Source: Felis catus
Lineage: Eukaryota
Direction of reading: 5' to 3'
Assembly: GCF_018350175.1 (NCBI RefSeq)
Contig: NC_058368.1
Location: 4,216,001 to 4,280,000 of the forward strand
Length of the DNA stretch: 64,000 nucleotides
Shown here: positions 36,521 through 50,274 of the stretch, piece by piece
Position numbering within the stretch: the first letter of the stretch is position 1
Layout of the letters: each line of letters starts with the position of its first letter
Notes under the pieces: generated by a model
What the model was told of the DNA's origin: nothing
Database searches by the model: none
Seen by the model: the letters and a program-made list of their open reading frames with translations, nothing else
Program-made: the position numbers and the translations under genes

Positions 36521-38913
36521 GGCATGTTCAGCCGATACAGCAGATAAACAGGCCTTCGCCCTTTTCTCAAGATTTAATTACTACTTCATTTAATTTAATA
36601 AATTTCAACGCGTTTCATTAATTTAATTATTAGTTGTATTAATACTATAATACTTGTTACATTTTGCCGGCTCCCTGTGATGCCACAGCATTTGGTTTCT
36701 TCCCGAAAGTCGGGGAGGTCACAAATTGGGAAGAGGTTCACTTCAGATGTCACATCAGTATCATTAGATTTTAGTTCATCATAACTGTCGTCTGCTATTT
36801 TAGGGCCTCGGCAAAGATCTGAACCGCAAAGCCGGGGGAGTTTGTCTCTGACGTCTAGAACTAATTAGGACCGAAAGGACACTCACGTAACCACCCGCTT
36901 TGATCATCCCAGGACCAGTACGGACCAGTATCCGCCTGATGCGTCTTACACGATAGCTCACGTAACCTTCCCTGGGAAGAGGACGTGATTTGGAGTCCTG
37001 GTCCTTGTACTAACTTTCAAACCAGACATTTAGATTTTCTGTGACCCAGGTTTCTTCGTGTACCAAACGAAGATGCTAATAATTTGAAGAGAGGAAATAA
37101 AGCATTGGTCGAATTCCTGAATCTCCTCCATGTTCCAAGTCCGCAGAAGAGCGGGCTCTTTCCGACTTCACCCAGGGTTTTGTTCGTCACCATAAGTTCT
37201 GTCGACTCTAAAATTATATATAAATTCGTAAGTAGCAGAATCAATTCTGCTGGACTAGGCGACCCCAAGAAGCACAGCCTAAATCCCGATTTCCTTTTCA
37301 GTGTAGACCCAGCCGTATCAAGCTGTGCATAAATGTACATGCCTTATTTTTCCGTAGTTGGAAGTGAATGGGCAGAAATCATTTTGAGTTTCATCATCTC
37401 AGGGTAATTTCACAGGAGATTACTTCTTTAAATGCTGCAGCGAGGTAAATAAAAATTATCCACTTTGCTAATAACAGAGAAGCTCACAATTACAGGAGGC
37501 AGCGTCCTTAGGTAAAAGCTTGCCTCTTTGACCCCGCCTTCTCCACTCTGAGGCAAAATGAACAAGGTCATGCTTTTACAAGCATATGGAGTCCAGGCAC
37601 CGAAATGGACTCTGGCACCCAAAGGGTTAAGCGTGCTGTTTCGTAAGGCCCAGTTTCGGATCTTTGTTCCCGTTCCCAGATGGCAACCCCGTCTGTTGGT
37701 CCCAGTTGAAGCAAAACTGTCTTTGAGCCTCTGTATCCTTCGGCACAGATGTTTAAGGCCATAATGATGTGTTTCTTCTATGGTGTCCTCATTGTGTCCC
37801 GGTGTGGGAGTTTAAGCGCTCCATCGTTTCATCGGTCCGATAAACACAGCAAGACCTTACAGGATTGTGGGATAAGAAAAAGAAGAAAAACATCCTCAGA
37901 GGCGGGAAAAGTCGCTTCGCTTTACTGTGGGCGCGGAGAACTGCCATAGACCATCCGCTGCCATTCTGTGGCTTACGATGTTTCCGGCGTTAATTATGGT
38001 GTTTATCACGATGGAAGCACCAAAGAGTTACGCTTGTAGTCCACCGAGTGCCCAAGAGAAGGAGCAGGGAGCTCGCCGTGGGCGTGACAGGCTTTCCCGG
38101 AACAGCACGTGGCGGCGACGGTCTTTAGTTGACCCGGCGGTCTCCACTGCGGGCGGCCAGCGGCTGTCTGTCACCTCCCTGCCCGGCCAGCCACTCTCCT
38201 GTGAGAGCGGCCTTCTCCGCCTCTCTTCCGTCTCTGTTTCTTTTCCCTCAGAGACACGCGTGATCATTTCCGTCCTGTTTTCCCTGGCGGGACACAGACC
38301 TCTAGGCCCGGGGATCTGAAGCCAGATGACGAACGGCAGAAACCAAGCCTAGTGAAGTAATTCACCGAGTCTCAGCCACTGTGACATCAGCCTCCAGCGA
38401 CAGGGCCGCTGCCTGGGATTTTCTCCCTTCCCGAACGCTTCTTCACGTCCTGGGTGAACTTTGCCATGCTCTCTGACCTCCAGCCCCGCAGGTCACAGGT
38501 CACGCTCTTCCTGCCTCCCCGGCCTTCACAGCTGCCTTGCTGTCTGTCGCCAGACTGAATCCCTCAGCCAGCAGCCCAGCCCCTCTCTCAGCAATGCCCC
38601 TGACCCCTTGGTCTGCTCGGCCCTGCGTCGCACCTGCTCTAGTCCTGTCACGGGCTGCCGAGCGCCCTTAGGTCCCAGGTCCCTTTACTTTCATTGCTGC
38701 ATTTCTGATAGCGCGTTCCATGACGTGTGCGTCTTAAAGAGCAAAAACTCTTTATCTTGTGCATCTATGATTCTCTTTTGTCCTGTTGGAAAGAAATACA
38801 GCTGTTTGGTTAAAACGTCTTATAAATACAGTTAATTTTCCTTTTCTGGGTAGAAACATTCACAAATTGGACTAATAAGTAAAATCCAAAGCCGCATGTA
38901 TTTATGTATTGTA

Positions 38914-39113
38914 CTTTTTTTCATGTGTATTTATTTTCGAGACAGAGCGTGAATGGGGGAGGGGCAGAGAGAGAGGGAGACACAGAATGGGAAGCAGGCT
39001 CCAGGCTTCAAGCTGTCAGCACAGAGCCCGATGTGGGGCTCGAACTCACAGACCGAGAGATCATGCCTGAGCCGAAGTCGGACGCTTAACCGACTGAGCC
39101 CCCAGGCACCCCT
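38914..39113 (-). mobile_element. CanSINE
   Basis: Full body. Confidence 0.9.
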
Positions 39114-41034
39114 AAAGCTACATTTAAAGAAATTTTTAAAAATCTTTGCCACTCACTGTCGGTAACAGAGTGAGCCGTGATGGAGTGAGCGCTCAGCCAC
39201 ATCCACATGCTGGGTCGATTTGTCCCCCTTCTTCCCCTGGTGTCTCCCTCCCCCCACACCCAGTGCTGGGGAGCAAACCATGAAGGATCGTGGGTCTGAG
39301 TCCACACTTCTGTCTTCACGGCTTAGGCAACTCCCCAGCCAATACTGTGTGGTCCAAACAAAACAGGCTCCTGCGTCCAGCCCGTGGTCCACACGCCTGG
39401 CAGGACGCAAACCACTTTGGAGGCTGTGGTGTGCAGTTGAGGAAGGGGTGACAAGTGAGAACCAAGGTGGTGGCTGTAGGGGGGACGAGGAGAAAGACCC
39501 AAGTATTCAGAAAGTCGATCTTTGAAAGCACCATACAGTGTTGGATGTGAAAGAGTATTCTAAAATCAATGTTTCCAGCAGTTTAAATATAAAGCACTTA
39601 CCAGAGCGGTCAGCATGAACGATGGTACTGTGTGTTTCCGGCTTAGGAGCAAAACTAAACTACATTGGCACGATAACAACCCTTTGCACTTACGAAGTAC
39701 CATCACCTCCCTTTGCGGCGTGAGTCGGCGTCTGCACCATCCCGTGCGTCGGCGTGGCGATGTCTGGAGCAGTGGAGAGGGTTCTGGGTGGTGCAGCCTG
39801 AGAGGAGAGAGGAGCTCAGCTGCCCCAAAGACTCTTAAAATGTCAGAGGCCGTGTATTTACTTGGAGGAGGTTTGCATGGAAAATAATGGTCTGCGTTGA
39901 ATAGGGAACCAAGCCCGTGTCTATACGCACCAACCACAGACTTGGTGACTTCTGCCTTAGTTTTTTAAATCAGGTTTTGTAAACTCACAGGTTAGCAGTT
40001 CAGGTCAGCAAATGCCCTGAGCCGTGTTGATGAGAATTTGAAACGAGCAAATCCCTGCTTTGTTTCATACCGTCAGCTTATTGCCGAATAAATGCTGTTG
40101 CAGACTTCCTTGACTACTGCAATGCGGCCAACTTTGAGGGAGAGCTTGACTCTCCCGGTAAAAATAAAAAGGTAAATCAAGGCATAGAGCAAAGAGGCAT
40201 AGGATACATAGGATACAGTTTTCCATTGGTCTCTGTATCTTTCTGCTTACGGCTGCTCTGCTGGGCCAGCGGCCTTCCGTTCGTCTTTGTCCTTCTTTCT
40301 CTTCCTTCCTTTCTCCCTTCTCTTTACTCCTCCCAAGAGTGAGTCCTTCTCTTCCCGTGCCGGCAGTCCTCCACGTCGAAGATGTTCACCTGAGTGTCAC
40401 CAACCCACCCTCATGAACGAACAGAGTCAAACTGCCCTGCCCACGTAACTGGTCTTTTTTTCTGCCGTAATCTTGCCAATTAAATATTGGCAGTAGAACC
40501 AGACAAAGGAGGTGTCCGTGAATAGACATAGACTTCCTCTCTGCGTCTTCCTTTCACACATCATTTCTGTACCTCTCTCCTCCTTCCCTACCCCTTTTCT
40601 GCATGTGATTTAAATGTGTACCCTTGTTTCTCCTTAGCGCTTCTTCTGGTTCTGTGTGTCTGTCACTAGGAGGTAATCAGTCCTGCTCAAGGAGCGAGGG
40701 AAGAAAGAGGAATCATTATTTGAGTTCATTCTCTCCAAATACATATGCCAATAATAACTTACTATAAGCCTTTGGAAGAATTTGGACACCTTGTACCAAG
40801 ATTGCCCTCACTCATGGTAAGGTCAGCCTGCCCCTCACCCCTGCAGAATTCTCAACAAGGTGTGTTTGAGGAAAAGTAAGTACAGGTCCTGGCCTTCGTC
40901 TTCTGTATCCCTCGAGTGAGAACATGAACCGTAGGGGTTGCCTTCAACTCTTGGCGGTTATGCCCGAGTTCTGGATCCTCAGAGGTATCACCGTAACTAA
41001 TAGGTAATTAATCTTTCTTATTTGCTTATCGGAG

Positions 41035-41204
41035 TTTTTTTGTTTGTTTGTCGCTTTTTGAGAGAGGGAGAGAGAGAGAATCCCAGGCAAGTTCCACACC
41101 CAGTGTGGAGCCCCACGCGGGACTCAGTCTCATGACTGTGAGATCATGACTTGAGCCAAAATCGAGAGTCAGACCTTTAACCGACTGAGCCACCAAGGTG
41201 CCCC
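41035..41204 (-). mobile_element. Older CanSINE
   Basis: gagaatcccaggcaag...gagccaccaaggtgcccc. Confidence 0.87.
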
Positions 41205-41894
41205 TTGGATGTTTCCTTTTTCTTTCTTTCTTTTTTTTTCCCCCCTAAAGGATTTTCTTAGTAATGGTTTTACCATTGTAGTCCCAATATTCCTTGAGGT
41301 TTAGGTATTTTGTTCATTGTTGCTTACTGTTATTGAACATTGCGTAATGTTACCAGTTGGATCATATTGGTGAGATTCTGAGATACTTCCATAAAAGCAG
41401 TGGGAGCTATGTCTTTTATAAGGAATGCATCTAAACTTCTGGGGGGATCTAGTTTGGTTTGTTTTATTGTTAATTTTCTTTCTGAACTTTCCAGTGCTTT
41501 AGGGGTGCCCATCTACTGTGTAGGTGGTTTCAACCTGCTTAAAAGACAATCCAAATCCTGACATCATAATAATTACAATATAATGTCCGATTCTGAACGG
41601 TCTTGGGGAAAAGCATGGCTCACACAGAAATTTTACTGTGCGTGAGGTACTCTACTAATAATCCCTTTAAATGCATTATTTCATTTAGTTCTCACAAAAA
41701 GTCCCGTGAGGTAGCTGTTGTTCTCCCCTGATTTTATCCATGAGGAAACTGAGGCAAAAAGTTGTCATTGCTGGTCGTGACGCTGCTGCTAAGTGGCCAG
41801 GTGGGGATTCGAAACCCAGACTGTTTACTACAGAGTTCTTCACAATTACAACGTGTAGTGTTTTACAGTAAGTTCTAAAAAAAAAAAAGCAAAC

Positions 41895-42099
41895 ACGTTT
41901 TTATTTTAAATTTATTTTTTTGAGAGAAAGCGTGGGGAGGGGAGAGGGGCAGAGAGAGAGGGAGAGAGAAAATCCCAAGCAGATTCTACACTGTCAGCGT
42001 AAAGCCAGGTGTGGGGCTCAAACTCATGAACCATGAGCTCATGACCTGAGCTGGAGCCAAGAGTTGGATGCTTCACCGAATGAGCCACCCAGGCGCCCC
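41895..42099 (-). mobile_element. CanSINE
   Basis: SINE body; TSD ttacagtaagtt. Confidence 0.9.
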
Positions 42100-43821
42100 T
42101 TTACAGTAAGTTTTAAAACCAGGAAAAGACAAAAGGAACAAAGGATGAACACCTGTTGATATACAGGTATCACAGCGGACCAGTGGAGGCAGGTTTCTGG
42201 CTTAATCCTTTTGAAAGATTTAACCTGTGAGCCTTCAGAAGCAAAGTGCTTAAACTGGTCAACAAGCAATGCCTCCAGTTCTCGTAGTACCTTCCCACAG
42301 CAGAGCCCCCAGCAGAAACAGCAGATCAGGCCTTTAGAGTACGTGCGTTCGCTGTTTTAGCTCTCACTTAGTAAAATCAGTTTCATGTACACACAATGTG
42401 AATATGCTCTCCATAATATGAGCTGTTTACCAGTAGAATCTGCTCATTCAGTTTGTTATTAGGTAGATTAATCTATCTGGACAGTCATTGGTACCATTTT
42501 CTGCTTCATCAGTGGGTCTAATGGAAAACGACTGTTCTACCTAATTAAAATATGCTGCCACCTTGTCTTTAGCCCTTTGATTCATAATAGTGTTGTGTCA
42601 GTACCAAACTATTAACAATCAGTTGCCTTTGTTTTACTCTCTGAGAGATGATTTAAAACTACTGGCTTCAGTGAAGGTTTAAGAGCGGAGATAAGATCGC
42701 AAATAACTGATAACTGATAGACCTGTTATTTAAAGAACTTTATACTTTTCCAATCACACATCTGTTCTAGGAAATTGAGCACCATGTTTTGGCGAAAGCT
42801 TTCCAGAATGCAAGATAAAGTTTTGATGGTCATAACTAATGTTGTAATTGCAATATTTGCACCTCTCCTGTAATTCAGACGGTGGTATAGCCATATATTT
42901 TTAAGTGTCTTACAGTAAGGAGTAATGTGTGTTATGAATCTAAGGGAAATTACTGTTTAAATGTCTTCATATAAGGATATGAGAATACACAGAAGTGTGG
43001 AGTGCACTCCTTGGTGCTTTAAATTTAGGAACGAGTGCAGTTATATTTCCCCCTCCCTCCCCGCTCCCCCAAGAAGGGCATGTCGCATTTTCTTCATGGC
43101 TTCCTCCCAGCAAACATGGTAACAGGCTGACAATGGCAATAAAACCTTGATGGGCAGGCAGCCCAGAGGAAGAAGAAATTGATCAAGTCAGGGCCGCCCA
43201 CTGGGGAGAGGGTTCAAAGAGTCTTAGTGGGAACTCTCAGGGTCACCTGCTCCACAACACTCTAAAGAACAGAATAACCTTCATCCCATAATGCTACAGC
43301 TGCAGACCTTGTCAGTGCCATTGCAATAGACTGGGTTTCATATACCTGGATCGTTGGCGTTCCAAGGACATCCTTTCACATTCCACTTTCTTTATAGGCA
43401 GTGGCCCTTAGATACAACTTGGCCAGGCGGGGAATCGACTGATAAAAGTTAACTTCTTAGGGTTGGGCTCTGTTTACAATATAGCCATGTTTGTGAATCA
43501 TCTGCCCAAGTATTAAAAGCAAGCAAGCCTGGGGCCCCTTTGGGATTCTGCCTTGATTCACTTGCATTTAAATCACGGAAGAAATGGTAATTAGTGTGCT
43601 GGCTAGAAGGGAACTCACAAGGAGTGAAGCTCAGAAGTTCTTTATCAACAGACATTAGTTACAATGTGTCTCCACAAAGGAGAAGGGCTTGCAGAGCTGT
43701 AGTGGTTTGGATGTGCTCTCAGTTCAAAAAAGAAAATCCGTAAAAACATTTAGAGCACTAACTTGGAAACTTGGCACTCAGAACGTGTTTGAAACCTGCA
43801 GACGTGGTGAACTTTTGATTG

Positions 43822-43824
<3 letters not shown>

Positions 43825-43880
<56 letters not shown>
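43825..43880. repeat. (AC)28 microsatellite
   Basis: Read directly. Confidence 0.97.
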
Positions 43881-43882
<2 letters not shown>

Positions 43883-44389
43883 AACTGTCTGTCCTAGATA
43901 CAGGAGTTAGAAGATACTCTGGACAATGTTTACTCGTCTCAGATGCTGGTAAACAGAGATGTCAAGCTACAAATGTACATATTTGGGTGATGCTTCAAAG
44001 TCAAGTCAGAATGACTCCTTAGGAAAAAGATGCAGATCCCGGTCTGATCTTTCTAGCATTCATTTGAAAAATGGTAACTTTTTTAAAGTAAATAATCTTG
44101 CATAAGCAGTGGGATCTTGCTTAAGTCATGATTACTATTTATTATGAACTTCCACCGTGCTTTGCTTGTATAATTTTACTTGGTGACATCGTATTTTTAA
44201 ATCACATTTTGGTTTCATCTTAATTCAAAAATTTATTCAACAGTAGCTCCAATGAGCAAGGTCACTAGCTTTTGAAAATCACAAACCTGCTTAGCTTCCT
44301 GCTGGAATGTTAAAATTTCCTTTCTATAATTAGTCCCTAAAATAAAATACCGTGACGTAGCCTGGTTATTTAAGAGTCGGAAGAATTCA

Positions 44390-45135
44390 TCCCAGTAAGC
44401 TTTGGTTTACCACTTCCTTCTTGAAACACATTCTTTTCCAGGCTTCCTTAACACCGTTCCTGCTTAGTTTTCTGGTCTCAGAGGCTGGCTCCTCCTCTTC
44501 CATCAGATTTCCTAAATTCACAGCGTACCTGGGTTCTGTGCTAGGTCCTTATCTTTGACTACGTTACATATGGGGGCGGGGCGGGGGGGGGGAGGATTTT
44601 ACCAGCCCTTTGGCTTCAGGTGTTATCCGCGCACTCGGGATTTTCACATTTGTGTCTCCGGTTCCTGTCTCTCCTCGGTCTTGTTCGTCCAGCCATCTGC
44701 CAACTCCACAGCCCCACACGGGTAGAGAATAGGTATCTCGAACGTGACAGTCAAAACAGAATTGTCTATTCCTTACCTTCCTGCCACCTCCCCCCCCACC
44801 ATCCTTCCAAGTTTTCACTCTCCCCAAAAATTAGCAAATGGACTAGGATTTGCCCGTGTTCTTCAGACACCTAGGCATCATTCTGGGTTCCGTCCTGCCT
44901 TGCATCCAACTGCCATTCAGTGTATCCAGCTGCTCTCACAACAAGTCTTTCGCAAATACAGCCGGTCGACGACACCGCCCTGGCTATGAGCTCAACCCGA
45001 GCCGTGATCCTTGTCGTCTGGACCCCTCGTGGTCCCTCCCACCAGATGTCCTCTCTCCCTCTGCAGGCGGCCCTCTTTCTAAAGTATAAGTCAGAGCCCG
45101 TCACCGTCCACCCTGAAACCCTCTAGTCACTTCCT
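44390..45135 (+). mobile_element. L2 fragment, apparently resuming at ~50050 after the L1 insertion
   Basis: ccttcttgaaacacattcttttccaggcttcc... and aatagaatccaaactcct (50057) resemble recalled L2 consensus. Confidence 0.6.
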
Positions 45136-45139
45136 CCTA

Positions 45140-46921
45140 TCCTTTTCTATGGTGATAGAACTCGCCATTTGGACATGTACAGTTCGGCGGCACTAACTAC
45201 GTCCACAGTGTTGTGCTGCCCACCCCCCCCCCCATCTGCTTCCCTAACCCGTCAGTCCGGACAGAAACCCTGGCAACTAAGCGGTACCTCCCTGTTGGCC
45301 TCCCGTCTCCACCCCTCGTGAGGTCTGCTCTGCTTTCTGACTCTGTCAACTTGCCTGTGATGGGTGTTTCATACAAGAGGAATTGTATCAATATTTGGCC
45401 TCGTGTCTGGTTTATTTCACTTAGCATAATGTTTTCACGGTTTGTTCACGTGGTAGCATGTACCAAGTTTTCACTCCCTTTTTAAGGCTGGGTGACATTC
45501 CATTTTATGTATACACCACAGTTGTGTTACCCAATCATCAGTTGATAGGTGACGGGGTTGTTTCCGCCTTGTGGCCATTGCTGTGAACACTGGCGTGGAA
45601 GGATCTATTTGAGTCCCCGTTTTCTATTCTTTTGAGTATATACTTAGGAGTAGAAGTGCTGATTGTATGGTATTTCTGTTTGCCACATTGTAAACAGAAT
45701 GGTAAACAGAACAGGTATTTCTGTTTGCCACATTGTATCCTCCAGTGGCCATATCACTGATGTTCCCACCAGCAATGTGCACGTCTTTACCAACACTTAT
45801 TTTCTGTATCATCATCATCCTGGTAGGTGTGAGGGGGTATCTCATTGTGGTTTTTACTTGCATTTGCCTAATGATTAATGATGTTGAGTAGTTTTTTCTT
45901 GGGCCCTTTGGCCGTTCATATACCTTCTTCGGAGAAATGATGTTTAAGTACTTTGTCCATTTTGGATCGCTTGCCTTTTTGTAGGATTGGAGAAGTTCTT
46001 TATATATTCTGAACACTGAACACTTCCCAGATATGTGGCTTGCAAATATTTTCTCACACTTTGTGGCTTGTCATTCATGTCCTTGATGGTGTCCTTTGAA
46101 GCACAAAACTTTTTTAATTTGATAAAGCCCAACCTATCTTTTTTCTTTCATTGCCTGTGCGTTTGGTGTATATTTAAGGAATCATTGCCAAGCCCAAGGT
46201 CATGGACATTTTCCCTTACGTTTTCTTCTAAGAATTTATAGCTTTCAACTTTCAGATTTAGGTCTTGGATTCATTTTTTTCGTTGGTCTTTTAATACAAT
46301 GAGATACATAAGAACTTCATCCTTTGGCACGTGGATATCCAGTTTTTCCAGCAACATTTGTTGGAGACACTGTTCTTTCCCGCATCAAATGGTCTCGGTA
46401 CCCTTGTTAAAAATCAGTTGACTTGTATGGGCTTATTTCTGGACTCTTAACTCATTTCCCATTGGTCTGTATGTCTGTCCTTATGTCAGTGCCATACTTT
46501 TCTGAATACTACAGCATTTATAGTAAGTTTGGAATTGGGGAAGTGTGGATCCTTCAATTCCTTTTTTCAAGATTCTTTTGGCTACTTAGGGTTCCTTGAA
46601 GTTCTATATGAATTTTAGGAATTTTTTTCATTCCTGCAAAAAAAAAAAAAAGCCATTGGGATTTTGGTAGAGATTGCATTGAATCATGCTTATCACTATG
46701 TTACTTTCTAGTGAGTTTTTAAATTTAAATATGTACTTTTTTTTTTTTTAAAGTAATCTCTAGGCCCAGGGCACCTGTCAGTTAAGCGTCCGACTTCAGC
46801 TCAGGTCATGATCTTGCGGTTCGTGAATTCGAGCCCCATGTCAGGCTCTGTGCTGACAGCTCAGAGCCTGGAGCCTGCTTAGGATTGTGTGTCCCCTTCT
46901 CTCTGCCCCTCCCCCACTCAT

Positions 46922-47009
<88 letters not shown>

Positions 47010-50000
47010 CTTCTCCCTCTCCCTCTCTCTCCCCCCCCCCCTCTCCCTCTCTCTCTCAAAAATAAAGTAAAACATTAAAAAATAATAATGACAAAATAAA
47101 ATAAAGTAAGCTCTATGCCCAGTGTGGGGCTTGGACTAATGAATGGCCTTGAGATCAGAGTCACATGCTTTATTGACTGAACCAGCTAGGCACCTTGTGT
47201 GTGTCACTGTGAGCAGTATTGTCATTTGACCAATACTAAGTATTTCAATATATGAAGACGGGGTGCCTTTCCATTTATTTTGCTCTCCTGTAACTTCTTT
47301 CAACAGCGTTTTGCGATTTCCAGTGTACAAGTTTATACCTCCTTGGTGAAATTTATTCTTAAGTATTTTAATCTTTTTGATGATATTACAAATGGAATTA
47401 TTTTCTTAATTTTGGGGATTGTCTCTTGCTAGTGTATAGAAATACAGCTGATTTTTATGCGTTGATTTGTCTCTAAAACTTGACTGAATTTGTTTATTAA
47501 TTTGTTCTGTCTTTTTGTGGAATCTTCTGGGGTTTCTACGTAGAAGGCCAAGTCGTCTGTGAACAGAGGAAATTTTGCTTCTTCCTTTCCACTTAGGGTG
47601 TCTCTTGTTTCTTTTCCTTGCCTAGCTACTTTGGCAAGGACTTCTGGCACGAGGCTGAATAGAAGTGGTTAAAGCAAGCATTCTTGTCTTCTTCCTGTTT
47701 TGGGGGGAAAAGCATTCAGTTTTTTATCATTGAATATGATGTCAGCTATGGGTTTCTCACATATAACCTTTATTGTGTTGAGGAAGTTCCTTTGTCTTCC
47801 TAATTCATTCAGTATTTAAAAAAACTTCTTTCTTAAATGTTTCCTTACTTGTTTTTGAGAGAGAGTGCACATGCACAAGGGGAGGGGCAGAGAGAGAGGG
47901 AGGAGAGAGAGAATCCCAAGCAGGTTCCACACTGTCCACACAGAGCAGGACACGGAGCTCGATCCACAAACCATGAGATCATGACTTGAACTGAAATCAA
48001 GATTCAGACGCTCAACAGACTGAGCCACCCAGGGGCCCCCTTTTTCAGTACTCTTATCATGAAAGGATGTTGGATTTCATGCAGTGTTTTTTTAGCATCA
48101 TTGAGATGATCAGTGTTGTTTTTCTTTTCTCCCTTTCATTTCGTTATTAAGTATTTCACTGACTGATGTTTATTAATCATCACTGACTTTCTGGGATAAA
48201 TCCCACCTGGTCATGGTGTGTGATCCTTTAACATGCTGCTGAATTTGATTTGCTGTGATTTTGTCGAGGGTTTTTGTGTCTATAAAGGATCTTGATCTGT
48301 GGTTTTCTTTCTTTGTAGTGCCCTTATCTAGCTTTGCTATCAGGGTAATGCTGAACTCATAGAAAGTTTGGAAGTAGTCTCTCTTTTTCTTTTTGGAATG
48401 GTTTGAGAAGGTCTGATGTGAATTCTTCTTTATTTATTTTTATTTTTTATTTTTATTTATTTTTGTGTGTGTGAATTCTTCTTTAAATGCTTGGTAGAGG
48501 GGCACCTGGATGGCTCGGTTGGTTAAACTCTTGGTTTCCAGTCAGGTCATGATCTCAAGGTTGTGAGATCAAGCCCCACATCGGGCTCTGCACTGAGTAC
48601 GAAGCCTGCTTGGGATTCTCTCTCTCCCTCTCCCTGTACCCCTTCCTCTCTCGTGCATGCAGTCTCTCGCTCTCAAAAGAAAAAAATCATAAATACATAC
48701 AGGCATACTTGGTAGAATTCACCAGTGCAGCCATCCAGCCTTGGGCTTTTCTCTTTGGGGAGGTTTTTGATTTCTGAGTCCATTTCCTTCCTTCCAATAG
48801 GTCTCTTGCGATTTTCTGTTCCTTCTGTTTCGGCTTTGTTGGTTTGTACGTTTCTAAGAAGTGTCCTTTTCATCTGGTTTATTTAATGTGTTGCTGTACA
48901 GCTGTTCACGGGATTGTCTTAGACTCCTTTTCATTTCTGTAAAGTCCGTAGCTGTGTCCTCCCTTTCAATTCTGATTTTAATCACTTAAATCCTTTCCAT
49001 TTTTTTTTTTTTTTGGTCCATCTGAAGTTTTTGTCAATTTTGTTGATCTTTTCAAAGAATCAACTGTTGGTCTTATTGATTCCTGTATTGTTTTCTATTC
49101 TCCGTTTCATTTATCTCTGCTCTGATCCTTAGTATTTCCTTCCACCTGCTTTTGATTTAATTTGCTCTTCTTTTTCTAATGTCTTAAAAGCTGAAAGTTA
49201 AGTTATTGACTTTAGATCTTCTTTTTCTTTTTTTTTAATTTTTTAAAATGTTTTTATTTGTTTTTGAGACAGAGAGAGAGGAGCAGGGGAGGAGCAGAGA
49301 GACAGACAGACAGACACACAGAATCCGAAGCAGGCTCCAGGCTCTGAGCTGTCAGCACAGAGCCTGACGTGGGGCTCGAACTCACAGACTGTGAGATCAT
49401 GACCTGAGCCAAAGTCAGACGCTTAACCGACTGAGCCACCCAGGTGCCCCTAGATCTTTTTCAATGTGGACATTTACTGCTAGAAATTGTCCTCTAAACA
49501 TCGCTTTTGCTGTATCCCTTAGGTTTTGTTATGTCGTGATTGTGGTTTTGTTCATCTCAAAGAATGTTTCTAATTTCCTTTGCAGATTCTTCCTCAACCT
49601 ACTGGTTATTTAAGGGTCTATTTCTTCATATGTGTGAATTGTCCAGTTTTCCTTCTGTTAGTGATTTCTAGTTTCATTCCATTGTGATTAGAAAAGGGAC
49701 TTTGTATGATTTCAACTTTTTAAAAAAATTTTTTTAATGTTTATTTTTGAGAGAGGGTGAGCAGAGGAGGGGCAGAGAGAGAGGGAGACACAGAATCCGA
49801 AGCAGGTTCCAGGCTCTGAGCTGTCAGCACAGAGCCCCATGTGGGGCTCGAACCCACGAACTGTGAGATCATGACCTGAGCTGAAGTCGGGCGCTTAACC
49901 GACTGAGCCACCCAGGCGCCCCACATGATTTCAACTTTTAAAATTTATTGAAACTAGTTTTGTGACCTCACAAATGTTCTGTCCTGGATAATACTCCATC

Positions 50001-50035
50001 TACACTCGAGAAGAGTATATATTCTGCTGTTGTTG
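45140..50035 (-). mobile_element. ~4.9-kb old L1 (3' UTR plus much of ORF2) containing SINEs at ~46768-47100(+), ~47105-47194(-, tail at ~46737), ~47815-48040(-), ~48499-48687(+), ~49220-49450(-) and ~49717-49922(-)
   Basis: ORF2p-like peptides: KSPRLDGCTGEFYQ, EVLAKVARQGKE...LFTDDLAFYVETP (degraded RT motif), QVKTTMRYPLTPTRM, MLSEINQT. Confidence 0.92.
46921..47057. repeat. ~135-nt expanded, interrupted (CT)n polypyrimidine tract inside a SINE
   Basis: Read directly. Confidence 0.95.
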
Positions 50036-50274
50036 ACTATATCCTGTTATTCTTGGAATAGAATCCAAACTCCTCCCTACGTGAACTAACCCTGAGCAGT
50101 GTCTCTACTCTCCGTCATCGTCATCCTCCACTGTCCTCTTAGTTCTTGCTCAGGAAATACTTTTATTTCCTGAGTCATTCATCGACTTAATGCTTTGGTG
50201 TAATAATAACGTGTCTTTTGATAGCATGTAAAACAATGCATCTTTGTGAAAAGTTTTAAAATATATGGGAAAAG

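Noticed and set aside
36880..36970. Short repeats (ctcacgtaacc x2, ggaccagta x2) as a possible spaced array
   Set aside because: Only two copies of each with irregular spacing; no CRISPR-like or other array in the window.
42551..42566. CTCF-like TGCTGCCACCTTGTC
   Set aside because: Lacks the terminal GG of the core motif; too weak to call.
45624..48873. Reverse-transcriptase-like peptides (LFTDDL, KSPRLDGCTGEFYQ)
   Set aside because: Fragmented, frameshifted L1 ORF2 interrupted by SINEs; not an intact RT or a novel retroelement.
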